Below are positions 8,208 to 17,492 of a stretch of DNA of 64,000 nucleotides, in pieces; the first letter of the stretch is position 1; each line of letters begins with the position of its first letter. The DNA comes from Sandaracinaceae bacterium. Its GTDB lineage: Bacteria; Myxococcota_A; Polyangia; Polyangiales; JADJQN01. Under the pieces are notes generated by a model. It was given only the letters and a program-made list of their open reading frames with translations. It did not search any database and was not told the DNA's origin. The stretch spans positions 1,777,494 through 1,841,493 of the forward strand of contig JADJQN010000001.1 in NCBI GenBank assembly GCA_016712745.1. The letters run 5' to 3'. Position numbers and translations under genes: made by a program.

Positions 8208-9989
8208 ATGTTTTCACTCGCAGAGTCTTCACTGTCCAATCCGTCATTGCGCGCGTGGATCCGGGCCACCGCCGAACACACCCGTCCTTCCAACATTCGT
8301 GTATGCGATGGCAGCGAAAACGAACGCGCGGCCATCGAGCGCGACATGGTCGGCGCGGGCGCACTCGTCGAGCTCGATCCCAAACTGCATCCACGTAGTT
8401 TTCTGCATCGCTCGGATCCGACGGACGTCGCCCGCACCGAACACCTCACTTTCATTTCGACCAAGCATGAAGAAGATGTGGGACCGACGAACAATTGGAT
8501 GAGTCGGCAGGACGCCGAAAAGCGCGTCTGGTCCCTTTTTGCTGGATGCATGCACGGGCGAACGATGTATGTGGTTCCCTATCTTATGGGACCCGTCGAC
8601 TCTCCGCACAGCCGCGTCGGAGTCGAGATCACGGACAGCCCCTATGTCGTGCTCAGCTTGCGAATCATGACGCGGATGGGCAAAGAAGCGCTCGCGCGTC
8701 TCAGGAACTCGGAGGGATTCGTGCGGGGCACTCACAGCCTCGGGGACTTGTCACCGGAGCGACGCTTCGTCGTGCACTTTCCCGATACCTTGGAGATTTG
8801 GAGTATTGGATCGGGGTACGGCGGCAACGCTCTGTTGAGCAAGAAGTGCCACTCCCTTCGGATAGCAAGCGTGCAAGCCAAGAAGGAAGGCTGGCTCGCC
8901 GAGCACATGCTCATTCTCGGTCTCACCAACCCACTCGGTGAGACCCACTACGTCGCCGCCGCATTTCCGAGCGCGTGCGGAAAGACCAACCTCGCAATGC
9001 TCGTGCCGAACCTTCCGGGCTGGAAAGTCGACACCGTCGGGGACGACATTTGTTGGATGTATCCCGGTGAAGACGGTCGCCTGTGGGCGATCAATCCGGA
9101 GAACGGAATGTTTGGAGTCGCACCAGGAACCAGCCTCAAAACCAATCCCAACGCCATGCGCTCGCTCACTCACGACGTGATCTTCACGAACGTCGCTCTT
9201 CGCGCAAATCGCAATGTGTGGTGGGAAGGAATGTCAAAGGTCGACGATCACGAAGTCATGCAGGACTGGCGAGGCGATACGTGGACCAAATCCGACGCGC
9301 AAGCGCCGGCTGCCCATCCCAACTCACGGTTTACCGTCCCTCTTGCACAGTGTCCGAGTGCGAGCGATTCGTTCAACGCAGGGTCGGGCGTTCCCATTTC
9401 GGCGATTATCTTTGGTGGACGTCGTGCCAAGCTCGCGCCGCTCGTGTACGAAGCTCGAAATTGGCAACACGGCGTTTACGTCGGCGCGACGATGGTCAGC
9501 GAGACAACCGCAGCCGCGACCGGCGCGGTCGGAATTCCACGCAATGACCCGATGGCGATGCTTCCCTTCTGCGGGTACAACATGGGTGACTACTTTGCGC
9601 ACTGGCTTGCGGTCGGACAGCAGCTACGCCATCCGCCCAAGATCTTTCATGTGAATTGGTTTCGCACCGGCAACGACGGCCGATTTCTTTGGCCAGGCTT
9701 TGGCGACAACGTTCGCGTACTGAAGTGGATCTTGGAGCGCGTTGATGGAGCGGTGACTGCTCGCGAGGCGCCGATCGGATTACTACCGCACACCGATGGC
9801 ATCGATCTTTCTGGAATGGATTTCCCCGAGGAGCGTCTCTTCGAGCTACTCGCTGTCGACGGGAGCGCCTGGATGCAAGAAGCTGGACGCACGCTCGAAT
9901 TCTTAGGGCGCTTTGGAAATCGCTTGCCGCACGGCCTTCTCACAGAGCTTCGGTCCTTGTTGAACCGCCTTCAACTCTCTCTGCACTAG
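8208..9989 (+). CDS. pckG: phosphoenolpyruvate carboxykinase (GTP)
   Basis: About 590 aa. It has the GTP-PEPCK signature blocks [24 protein letters not shown] and FGGRR. Start set to ATG 8208 (MFSLAESS) by N-terminal length expectation; the ORF track start is 8133. Confidence 0.9.
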   Translation: MFSLAESSLSNPSLRAWIRATAEHTRPSNIRVCDGSENERAAIERDMVGAGALVELDPKLHPRSFLHRSDPTDVARTEHLTFISTKHEEDVGPTNNWMSRQDAEKRVWSLFAGCMHGRTMYVVPYLMGPVDSPHSRVGVEITDSPYVVLSLRIMTRMGKEALARLRNSEGFVRGTHSLGDLSPERRFVVHFPDTLEIWSIGSGYGGNALLSKKCHSLRIASVQAKKEGWLAEHMLILGLTNPLGETHYVAAAFPSACGKTNLAMLVPNLPGWKVDTVGDDICWMYPGEDGRLWAINPENGMFGVAPGTSLKTNPNAMRSLTHDVIFTNVALRANRNVWWEGMSKVDDHEVMQDWRGDTWTKSDAQAPAAHPNSRFTVPLAQCPSASDSFNAGSGVPISAIIFGGRRAKLAPLVYEARNWQHGVYVGATMVSETTAAATGAVGIPRNDPMAMLPFCGYNMGDYFAHWLAVGQQLRHPPKIFHVNWFRTGNDGRFLWPGFGDNVRVLKWILERVDGAVTAREAPIGLLPHTDGIDLSGMDFPEERLFELLAVDGSAWMQEAGRTLEFLGRFGNRLPHGLLTELRSLLNRLQLSLH

Positions 9990-9999
9990 CGGTTGCCTC

Positions 10000-10698
10000 A
10001 TGACCCTTTCCTCCAAGCAATTCAACTTACTGTCAAATGATGTCGACTCCGACGAGCGCTCTTCGACGGGCGATCTTTCGTCGGCAGCGAGCCGGATCAT
10101 CCACGCGTTTCGATCGCAAGAGTTTCCTACTGACCGCGTGTTCGATCGAGTTCTTCCACGCGAGCTACAGGTCGTGTCGGGACAGCATTGGACGCCTATC
10201 GAAGTAGTCGTGCGTGCAGTCGAGTGGCTCGAGCAGCTCAATGTTCAGAGCGTAGTGGACATCGGCTCCGGCGCCGGCAAGTTCTGTGTCGCCGCGGCGC
10301 TTGCGGGACGCGCACGCTTTATAGGCGTCGAGCAACGACTGCGTCTGGTCGAAGCCGCGACTGATCTCGCGCATGTGCTCGGCGTCGATGCGCGCGTAAG
10401 CTTTGTGCACGGCAGGCTTGGGGAAACTCGTATACCGGAGGCCGACGCATACTATTTGTACAATCCATTCGGCGAAAATTTTTTTCGCACGAAACAGTAC
10501 TTAGATGAGGAAGTCGAGCTCAGCAATGATCGCTACCATCGCGATGTGGCAATCGTCGAGCAGCTGTTGCGCGACGCGCCCTTCGGAACGTGTCTGCTGA
10601 CCTACAATGGCTTTGGAGGCTCAGTTCCCTCGAACTATCGCGAGATCTTCGTCGACCGCGATATGCCGAACGTTCTGCATATGTGGCGCAAGACGTAA
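10000..10698 (+). CDS. class I SAM-dependent methyltransferase
   Basis: Motif I VVDIGSGAGKFCVAAAL followed by an acidic post-I residue (FIGVEQ). It starts 11 nt after the pckG stop. Confidence 0.6.
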   Translation: MTLSSKQFNLLSNDVDSDERSSTGDLSSAASRIIHAFRSQEFPTDRVFDRVLPRELQVVSGQHWTPIEVVVRAVEWLEQLNVQSVVDIGSGAGKFCVAAALAGRARFIGVEQRLRLVEAATDLAHVLGVDARVSFVHGRLGETRIPEADAYYLYNPFGENFFRTKQYLDEEVELSNDRYHRDVAIVEQLLRDAPFGTCLLTYNGFGGSVPSNYREIFVDRDMPNVLHMWRKT

Positions 10699-10747
10699 GC
10701 GGGTGCTGCCCCGAGAGGGAGCACGGGAAGGGTCAGCGGGACAGATG

Positions 10748-11143
10748 TCATGGCACCGCCGACGTTGCCTGCACACGGATCGCGTCTAGGATCGTCCAGC
10801 CAAAGGCGGGTTTTGGAAGCACAATAGGGAGCCGTGAATTCGGGTCGGCATCCAGCGCCGGACGAAAACGCTGAGGCGTGCTAGTCACCACGACGATCAA
10901 GAGCTGCGGCCGAGTCGCTCGCAACGACGAGACGCGCTTTACGACCTGCGCGACGTCGAACTCGTCAGGGAAAAGCACGACTGCAGTGATCGCTGGCGGA
11001 ACGGCCGTCGCGTCCTGAAGAGCGCGACTCGTGCGCGACGCAACGCCAGCGTTTTGTAGATAGCCATGCAGACCGTCGATCGTCTCGCGGTTCTCTGCGA
11101 TGACGGTGACGTAGTGCGGGCGTGGATGAGGTGGAGGCGACAT
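10748..11143 (-). CDS. single-domain receiver-like protein (atypical, acidic pocket degenerate)
   Basis: Receiver-like spacing: VTVIAENRE (no DD pair), VVLFPDEFD, VVVTS, LPKPAF. The assignment rests on pattern only. Confidence 0.35.
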   Translation of the reverse strand: MSPPPHPRPHYVTVIAENRETIDGLHGYLQNAGVASRTSRALQDATAVPPAITAVVLFPDEFDVAQVVKRVSSLRATRPQLLIVVVTSTPQRFRPALDADPNSRLPIVLPKPAFGWTILDAIRVQATSAVP

Positions 11144-11435
11144 GGCTTGCTTGAGAGCAAGCGCTGGGCCATCCCTGCATCGCCTGGATTTGTCGACTCA
11201 TTGAGCGTTGCGGCGCACGCCAAACCGGAGGAAGGCCCTTGAACGACAATGTGACGCGTGTTTTTCCAGACTTATGTCACGGAACGACTTCGCATGACGG
11301 CATTCATACGACTCGGCTCGCCCGCGTTCGGCACTCGGCTGGACTAGTTGGGCAGACGGGACGACGCGCATCACACCCACGGGAGGGCAGAAACTGAGTG
11401 TCGTGATTCAGATACGTTCTCTCGCTGCTAGAGCC

Positions 11436-11538
11436 TCGACTCCCGCCGCCTCGGCGAAGCCGCGTGAAGACACCCTCGGCGAAGGAACCACTTGGGCGTG
11501 GTTCCTCTCCGCTGCCGCGGATTCACCTCCGGCTCGTT
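11436..11538. repeat. partial duplicate of the ssrA 3' end (17 nt) plus its downstream flank, including one 33-nt repeat
   Basis: TCGACTCCCGCCGCCTC at 11436-11452 is identical to 6463-6479. It is followed by GGCGAAGCC, GGCGAAGGAACC..GGTTCC and the 33-nt repeat (11500-11533), in the same order as after ssrA. The terminator hairpin is missing from this copy. Confidence 0.85.
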
Positions 11539-11641
11539 CTTCAAATGGGCCCTGCCCCTCTCCCCCGACTTGGCGAAGCCAAAGTGTCCAGCCGGGCTGA
11601 TGGGCGACACTTTGGGACTGGTCGAGTGAGCGCGAAAGCGC

Positions 11642-12094
11642 TCATTCGGACCAATCGTTCCGAGGATTAGAGATCCGAAGTACACACACGTGTTCCGAGC
11701 GGGCCGAGGTCTTCGACGCCGAATTTTTCAGCTCCCCAATGCCTGGCACACGTACATGCGCTGACGATGGAGTCGCACTTCGCCGTCGCTCCGAAAACCG
11801 ATCGAGCGCTTCGATGCCAAGAATGTGGCGACTGAAACCGTCGGTCATTGTCAGCGGTGTGCAGTTCTTGCGATTGCCTAGCCGCAGCGTGCCTTTGAAG
11901 TCCGCGCTCCACAGATCATTGGCGGCGCCCACATTTGGAAACGGAGTCGTGTAGACCGGAACGTAGCGACGCATTTTCTGCGGTCGCGACAATCCGTGAC
12001 GCCGAAGGATGTCGCCAATCGTGCTCGCTGCCGGCCAGCTCACCTTTGGCCAACGTTGGGGCTGGCCAGCATGAACGCCACTTCTGAACGCGTG
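11642..12094 (-). pseudogene. truncated DDE transposase/integrase-core (rve, IS481-like) fragment
   Basis: WPAASTIGDILRRHGL...PNDLWSADFKGTLRLGNRKNCTPLTMTDGFSRHILGIEAL matches the start of the rve catalytic core as recalled. There is no N-terminal HTH, and the sequence diverges right after the first Asp region. Confidence 0.6.
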
Positions 12095-12284
12095 CTAAAG
12101 TGAACCTTTGCGTAGTTCGCAACGCAAGTTTACCAGTCCTCCCAAGTACGAGGTCCCCATTCGTCTCTGATGTTCGCAAAGCGCGTGCCGTGAGGCACTG
12201 CGCTCAAAAATCGGAGCGTTGTCAATTTCGCAGCGTGCGACGCATTGCTCAGTCGTTCAGACGCATCCACACATCGCAGGTGCG

Positions 12285-12890
12285 TCAGGGGGCGGCGCAG
12301 GTGTCGGTCACTATGCCGATGCGGACAACTCCCCCTATTTGGCTCACCGCGGCCACGGTTCCATCTCCTTGCGCGCCTCTGCCCTGACCGCCGTAAACGA
12401 CACCACTGTGGTTGCAGAATATGTCTACTTGTCGAATCGGAACGAGGCTATCTTCCCTCTGCCGGGCAAAAAACGTCGTGTAGAACCTGTTATCGTCGGG
12501 AGCAGATAGCCCCGCGAACTGTCCCCGCCACACCACCGCGACACCGTCACACGTTGCAGTAACGTGCATGCTGCCGATTGTGTAGTTTGTGGCGTCGAGC
12601 GCAACTCCAGCGTGACCCGCAATGCGATGTCCAGGTGCATCGTACATGGCGATTTCGCCGTCGCCTGCGCCACGCGAAAGTACAAAGTAGTTGCCATCGT
12701 TGAACACCACGAACGCAGAGCCAGGAAATCCGTCACAGCCACTGCACGGCAAGTGCTCCCGGTCTCCGAGCTCGGTAAGATCCGTATCGAGCCACTGCAC
12801 GATCGAACTATCGTCGCCCCATGTCACCGCGTAGCCATCGTCTCCAACAGCGTTCTCAACGGCTTCGAGACCCTCAAAGGCTGCGTGCAC
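12285..12890 (-). CDS. hypothetical protein (possibly a fragment; no signal peptide, GTG start)
   Basis: ORF of 201 aa, with an in-frame stop 20 codons upstream. Third-position GC looks lower than in neighbouring genes. No motif recognised. Confidence 0.35.
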   Translation of the reverse strand: MHAAFEGLEAVENAVGDDGYAVTWGDDSSIVQWLDTDLTELGDREHLPCSGCDGFPGSAFVVFNDGNYFVLSRGAGDGEIAMYDAPGHRIAGHAGVALDATNYTIGSMHVTATCDGVAVVWRGQFAGLSAPDDNRFYTTFFARQREDSLVPIRQVDIFCNHSGVVYGGQGRGAQGDGTVAAVSQIGGVVRIGIVTDTCAAP

Positions 12891-12950
12891 CGTGTCCTCG
12901 CGCCGTAAGCCGATTGCTCCATCGTGCGCGAAGGCAACCGACGTGATCTA

Positions 12951-13044
12951 GAACGGATGGGGACAGAACGGATGGGGACGATCATTCAGTTAAGAAAGTT
13001 AAAACGGTGCTGAGCGATAACTGTCTTAACTAAACGATCGTCCC
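12951..13044. repeat. AT-rich 70-bp palindromic (MITE-like) element, copy 1, preceded by a tandem 15-mer
   Basis: (GAACGGATGGGGAC)x2 at 12951-12979. This is followed by GGGACGATCATTCAGTTAAGAAAGTTAA...TTAACTAAACGATCGTCCC (12975-13044). A half copy lies at 13121-13147. Confidence 0.8.
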
Positions 13045-13201
13045 TCCTCGTTGGTGTGCTGGTACTGCCTTCTGGAGGTAGCTGCCTCGGCGACGCGAGC
13101 AGCGTCATCGTTCGCACTGACTTAAGAAGCTAAACGCTCGCCCGTCCGCTTCGGCGGTAGACTAGCTCGCGGCCGTCGAATCTCATGCTAGCGTCCGGCC
13201 C

Positions 13202-13912
13202 ATGCGTAATTCTTGTGCCGTGGTTTTGATGGTGTTTGCCACAGTGAGCTCCAGCGTAGCGTGTGGCACGAGCCGCAATGGGCGCTCAGGTTTGGACGCT
13301 GGGACCAGTCGTGACTCCGGTAACGCTGACACCGGAACTCCGCTCTCGTGCGCATGCGATGTGGACGCGAGCTGCAGCTCGGGATGCTCGTGCGATTCTG
13401 ATTGCCGTAGTGCGTGCGACAGCTGCTCAGGGTGTTGCTCGTCGACAGGATCATGTGTTTCCGGGAGCGAGCAGAGCGCCTGTGGGAGCGGCGGGGACAC
13501 GTGCGATGTCTGTAGCGGCGGCAGCATTTGCCGCAACTCTCAGTGCGCGGGGACGCGCGTATGCACCGATGGCACGTCTTACGATTGCAGTAGTCTCGAT
13601 GAGGAATGGGTTTCGACCCAGTGTTGCGTGGACGGAGTTACGCAATGTGTCGATGGCACCGCGTACGACTGCGAGACGGGCCACTCGGACCGCACGTGGA
13701 CGGGCGCTAAGTGCTGCATCGAGTTCGACGCGACTTGTGTTCCCGGTACGGCATACGACTGCGGAACTGGTTCGACGATTGAGAACTGGACCGGGTCGGT
13801 CTGCTGCGTGGAAGGCGCGACGGAGTGCTTCGATTCAGCGAGCGAATACGACTGCACCACTGGCCGTACAGGACGCACGTTTACCGGCAGCAAGTGCTGC
13901 CTGGTTGAGTAA
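13202..13912 (+). CDS. Cys-rich secreted lipoprotein with four ~30-aa C-x-GT-x-YDC...W-x-G/S-x-x-CC repeats
   Basis: Signal peptide with lipobox (VSSSVAC). N-terminal CxxC-rich stretch. Four tandem repeats: CTDGTSYDC..WVSTQCC, CVDGTAYDC..WTGAKCC, CVPGTAYDC..WTGSVCC, CFDSASEYDC..FTGSKCC. Confidence 0.7.
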   Translation: MRNSCAVVLMVFATVSSSVACGTSRNGRSGLDAGTSRDSGNADTGTPLSCACDVDASCSSGCSCDSDCRSACDSCSGCCSSTGSCVSGSEQSACGSGGDTCDVCSGGSICRNSQCAGTRVCTDGTSYDCSSLDEEWVSTQCCVDGVTQCVDGTAYDCETGHSDRTWTGAKCCIEFDATCVPGTAYDCGTGSTIENWTGSVCCVEGATECFDSASEYDCTTGRTGRTFTGSKCCLVE

Positions 13913-13936
13913 CGCAACCCTGCGAGCACCATTGAC

Positions 13937-14512
13937 GTGGACAGCGTGAATCCTGCAGCCGCTATCGATGCCGAGCTAAAGCGCCTGCGTGCGGAGGGAG
14001 CGCGTTGGCTTGAGGCGCGTGTGCTCAATGAGAGAGCGCTGGTGATGGATGAGCTGCGGCCGAATGCACGGGCGTTGGCGAGCCACTTGCTCGAGCGCAA
14101 GCCCGAACTCCTTGCGCGCATGCGTATGGCGCCTAGCGACGCGGGGGATGGAATGGATCTTCGCGCGATTATTCTGTCGCCGACTGGAGATTCGTTGCGC
14201 GATGTTTTGATATTCGTCGCGAACGACGATCCGAGCGTGGCCTTTGGGACGTGGCACACCCACTTTGATTTCGACGCAGGACGGGGCGCAACCGAAGCCG
14301 CTAACCTCGTTGATGCAATTCTGTGCGATGATTTCGTAATGCTCGCGCTCTACGACAAAGACGCGCGAGCGACCACGCACGTTTGCGATTTACGCGAAGA
14401 AGACGCGCTCGCCGATGCGCTCACCAGTCGCTACACGACTGGCGAAGGCCGTCTGCTGTCGTGGTCGGGTGGCGCCGACCGCGACGTGTCCCTCGCAACG
14501 CTAAAGATGTAG
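13937..14512 (+). CDS. hypothetical cytoplasmic protein, 25 nt downstream of the Cys-rich gene
   Basis: ORF of 191 aa with no signal peptide. Its stop codon abuts palindromic element copy 2. Confidence 0.5.
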   Translation: MDSVNPAAAIDAELKRLRAEGARWLEARVLNERALVMDELRPNARALASHLLERKPELLARMRMAPSDAGDGMDLRAIILSPTGDSLRDVLIFVANDDPSVAFGTWHTHFDFDAGRGATEAANLVDAILCDDFVMLALYDKDARATTHVCDLREEDALADALTSRYTTGEGRLLSWSGGADRDVSLATLKM

Positions 14513-14603
14513 GGACGATCGTTTAGTTAAGAAAGTTAACGCCGCGACTCGGATAACTTTGTTAACTAAACGATCGTCCCTCTCTGCGAGTCCCTCTCTG
14601 CGA
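14512..14603. repeat. AT-rich 69-bp palindromic (MITE-like) element, copy 2, followed by a tandem 14-mer
   Basis: GGGACGATCGTTTAGTTAAGAAAGTTAAC...GTTAACTAAACGATCGTCCC (14512-14580) with 19-bp terminal inverted repeats. It is followed by (GTCCCTCTCTGCGA)x2 at 14576-14603. Confidence 0.8.
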
Positions 14604-14621
14604 CGGCGCTGTAGCGCGCTG

Positions 14622-15254
14622 TCACTTGGGCCGCTGGACCACTCGGACCTTGCCGCTCTTGCCGCCTCCGCAGAAGAATCGATCGGCTCCGTCGGACTCG
14701 AGGCCGGATACGCCGGTGCCCGCGGGCATTTCAAGCTGCTGAAGCACTTCGCCGGTTTGCGGATCGATCTGGCGCAGATCGCTCTCGTCGCCTTCCCAGG
14801 TGCCGTGCCACATCTGTCCGTCGACCCACGTTACGCCGGTAACGAAACGGTTGGACTCGATGGTGCGAAGCACCTTCCCGCTCTCTGGATCGATTTGATA
14901 GATCTTGCGCTCGCGGTACTGGCCAACATAGAGCGAGCCCTCCGCCCACGTAAGCCCTGAGTCATCGCCGTTTGCGGGCGTAGGTATCGACGCGACGACC
15001 TGACCCGTCTTCGGATCGATTTTCTGGATGCGCTTGCCAGCGATCTGAAAAAGGTGCTTTCCGTCGAAAGCCGTGCCGGCGTCGGCGGCAACATCGAGCG
15101 AACGAAGGGTCTTTCCGCTGACCGGGTCAACTGCGTTGAGCTTGTCGCCAGAAGCGAACCATATGTGCGCGCCGTCGAAGGTGACTCCATGCACGCCTTC
15201 GACGCCGGGAAAGGGTCCGTATTCGCGAACGACCGTAGCGAGTGTCTTTGTCAT
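14622..15254 (-). CDS. beta-propeller repeat protein, glutamine-cyclotransferase-like
   Basis: Repeated pattern ..IDP.TG.V.. (KLNAVDPVSGKTL, IQKIDPKTGQVV, IYQIDPESGKVL, LRQIDPQTGEVL), reminiscent of the Glu_cyclase_2 family. No signal peptide. Confidence 0.4.
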   Translation of the reverse strand: MTKTLATVVREYGPFPGVEGVHGVTFDGAHIWFASGDKLNAVDPVSGKTLRSLDVAADAGTAFDGKHLFQIAGKRIQKIDPKTGQVVASIPTPANGDDSGLTWAEGSLYVGQYRERKIYQIDPESGKVLRTIESNRFVTGVTWVDGQMWHGTWEGDESDLRQIDPQTGEVLQQLEMPAGTGVSGLESDGADRFFCGGGKSGKVRVVQRPK

Positions 15255-15263
15255 GCGCCTATC

Positions 15264-16484
15264 CTAGTTCGCCGGGAGCAGAGCGGGGAGTAACAAGACC
15301 GTCGCGAATCCAAAGAGCGGCGCGGATCTCCAGCGACGTGCGCGTCCGTGGCCGGACGCCTCTACTTTTGCGTCTGCTGCGAGTGAATCGAGAGCACGCT
15401 GAACTGACCGCTGACTTGCGCCGAGCGCAAGCGCCAAGGCGGAGCTAGACCACGATTCGCCGTCTGCAAGCAACGCGAGAACTTCTGCGTGCTCACCGTC
15501 GACGGGCAACGCGAGCACTGCAACTTTCTTTGCGCTCTCGGGCGCCAGCGCAAAGCCGTGCTTGGTCGCGGTCACATTGGACACGGCGCGCAGAAGCTTG
15601 CGGAGGCGGCCTATCTCCACGCGCAAACGCGCCCGATACGAGTCACTAGCGCGCTTCGATCCGAATGCGCGCGCGATAAGGACATCTCGCGCCACGTCGG
15701 CGGGCCACGCCTCGGCGAGAGCGCGCACAAGAGCGAACAGCACGGGTCGCTTGGTGAGTGAGGTCACGATCGTTTTGTGACGCACGACGCGGCGACATGC
15801 ATCCACTATGAGCGCGTTCGAAGCAAGCAAGGTCTCGACGTCGTCAAGGAATAGCGTTCGCTGCTCCCCATTCGCGATCAAACGCGCAGCAGGCGCGTCC
15901 ATGATCAATCGTGCACTCGCGACTTCCGCCATCAGCGCAGGAATGCGCGCATGGCGCGCCGCACGTTCGGCCCGGCGCAGCGCAGTCCGTGCTGCCTTCG
16001 TGTGCAACCGACGGAGCAGAACCCCGGCGATGACCAACTCGTGCGTGGCTCTCCACGCCGGTGGGAGATTCGACGGGTCGAGCTTTGCGAGAACACGTTC
16101 TGCCGCGTCGATCTGGCCCAATAGGAGCAATCGCCGCGCCTGCAAATGTCGCGCGTGCGCAGCATTCGCATAATCGCCTTCTGCTTCGAGCGTGGCGCGC
16201 GCGCCCTCGAGTCGCTTCGCAGGCCATGCGAGGTCGCGCCGCGCGAGCGCTATCTCGGCCTCCGCCACCACGCACCGAGCACGTGCGGCCGACTCCGACG
16301 CGGCGAAGGCCACCGCAGCTCTTCGCAGCAACGCTTTCGCGCGTCCGAGATCACCAAGTTGCGCCATGGCGATGCCGCGAAGGGCGAGCGCCGGGGCGTC
16401 GTTACGCAACGCAACCTGCTGTAGCGCAAAAAGCGGGTCCCCTGCCGCTAGAGCTCGTGCAGCCGCGGTGATCAACGAATCCAT
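15264..16484 (-). CDS. TPR-like helical repeat protein with C-terminal winged-helix-like segment (putative regulator)
   Basis: Ala/Leu/Arg-rich helical repeats. The segment LIARAFG....DSYRARLRVEIGRLRKLL resembles OmpR/BTAD-type DNA-binding regions. Starts 9 nt upstream of the preceding feature. Confidence 0.35.
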   Translation of the reverse strand: MDSLITAAARALAAGDPLFALQQVALRNDAPALALRGIAMAQLGDLGRAKALLRRAAVAFAASESAARARCVVAEAEIALARRDLAWPAKRLEGARATLEAEGDYANAAHARHLQARRLLLLGQIDAAERVLAKLDPSNLPPAWRATHELVIAGVLLRRLHTKAARTALRRAERAARHARIPALMAEVASARLIMDAPAARLIANGEQRTLFLDDVETLLASNALIVDACRRVVRHKTIVTSLTKRPVLFALVRALAEAWPADVARDVLIARAFGSKRASDSYRARLRVEIGRLRKLLRAVSNVTATKHGFALAPESAKKVAVLALPVDGEHAEVLALLADGESWSSSALALALGASQRSVQRALDSLAADAKVEASGHGRARRWRSAPLFGFATVLLLPALLPAN

Positions 16485-16533
16485 CGATTGAGCCTAACGT
16501 TGGGTGCGGCTCATTGCTAATGGAGCTCCAGAT

Positions 16534-17310
16534 TCATCCGCCAACGACTAGCGTAATTGCCATGACGACGAGGAACGCTGCGTAGACGAGCGTCGCACTG
16601 TGCGTGTTCACGCGGCTTGTGAGGCGCGCTCCGCCTCCGGCGCCGATCACGAAGCCAACCGCAACTGCACCCAGCAGCTCCCACGGAAGCCCGCCTTGTT
16701 CGCGCGCGTACACATAGACCGCAGGCAGACCGATGGGCGGCAACATCATCGCGAGTGTCGTTGCCTGCGCCTCAAGCCTGCCGAGGTGCAGGAAGCGCCG
16801 TAGCATCGGAAGAGCGACCAGACCGCCGCCCACACCAAGCATGCCCGACATAACGCCCGCCAAAATTCCGATCGGTAGTGCAAGCCACAGTCGCCGTACC
16901 GGCGCTGCCGCTTCTGGCTCGTCTCGATCCACGGTAGGCTTTGCGCGAACTGCGTTGAAGGCTGCCAGCACCAAGAACGCGGCAAAGGCCCATCTCAGTT
17001 GCAATCCGGGAACTCGATGGGCGGACCACGCTCCAGCCGGTGCACCGACGACAAAGCCGACGACGAGTGCAACTACGAGAAGAACCTTAACGCGCACGCC
17101 AACTTTGCGGTACGCGAGCACTGCGGGCAGGCCGACCGGAGGAAGGAGCGCAGCAAGCGAGATGCCCTGCGCGCGATGCAGGTCTATCCCCAGGAGCAAC
17201 ACAAGGGACGGGGCGATCAACGCTCCGCCGCCGATTCCGAGAAAACCCGAGAGCACACCGGCCGCGGCGCCGACCACTCCAGAAACGACGATCTCGTACG
17301 GGGATGACAT
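16534..17310 (-). CDS. sulfite exporter TauE/SafE family membrane protein
   Basis: Two homologous halves, each with a GIGGG/GVGGG motif (GFLGIGGGALIAP, GMLGVGGGLVALP). About 8 TM helices. Confidence 0.75.
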   Translation of the reverse strand: MSSPYEIVVSGVVGAAAGVLSGFLGIGGGALIAPSLVLLLGIDLHRAQGISLAALLPPVGLPAVLAYRKVGVRVKVLLVVALVVGFVVGAPAGAWSAHRVPGLQLRWAFAAFLVLAAFNAVRAKPTVDRDEPEAAAPVRRLWLALPIGILAGVMSGMLGVGGGLVALPMLRRFLHLGRLEAQATTLAMMLPPIGLPAVYVYAREQGGLPWELLGAVAVGFVIGAGGGARLTSRVNTHSATLVYAAFLVVMAITLVVGG

Positions 17311-17327
17311 TCGCGAGCACCTAGTCG

Positions 17328-17492
17328 TTAACGCGTATTGGCCAACAAAAAGCCCATGACGGCGCCGTAAAGAGTCGCCACGTACGGGTTGCCTGTGATT
17401 AGGCAGGTGCCGCTACGGCACCCGACGAATCGGTAGTACGCGTAGCCCAAGCTTGCTCCAATTGCGACGAAAAGCGCGAGTCTCAGGCCCAT
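17328..17492 (-). CDS. small two-helix membrane protein (DUF6132-like, GC..GTC motif)
   Basis: MGLRLALFVAIGASLGYAYYRFVGCRSGTCLITGNPYVATLYGAVMGFLL. Start moved to ATG 17492, which has an AGGTAGGA Shine-Dalgarno. It lies directly upstream of TauE. Confidence 0.5.
   Translation of the reverse strand: MGLRLALFVAIGASLGYAYYRFVGCRSGTCLITGNPYVATLYGAVMGFLLANTR

Noticed and set aside
12100-12284. Possible additional transposase N-terminal coding sequence upstream of the rve fragment
   Set aside because: No frame gives an HTH-like or otherwise recognisable continuation. An in-frame stop at 12095-12097 closes the fragment.
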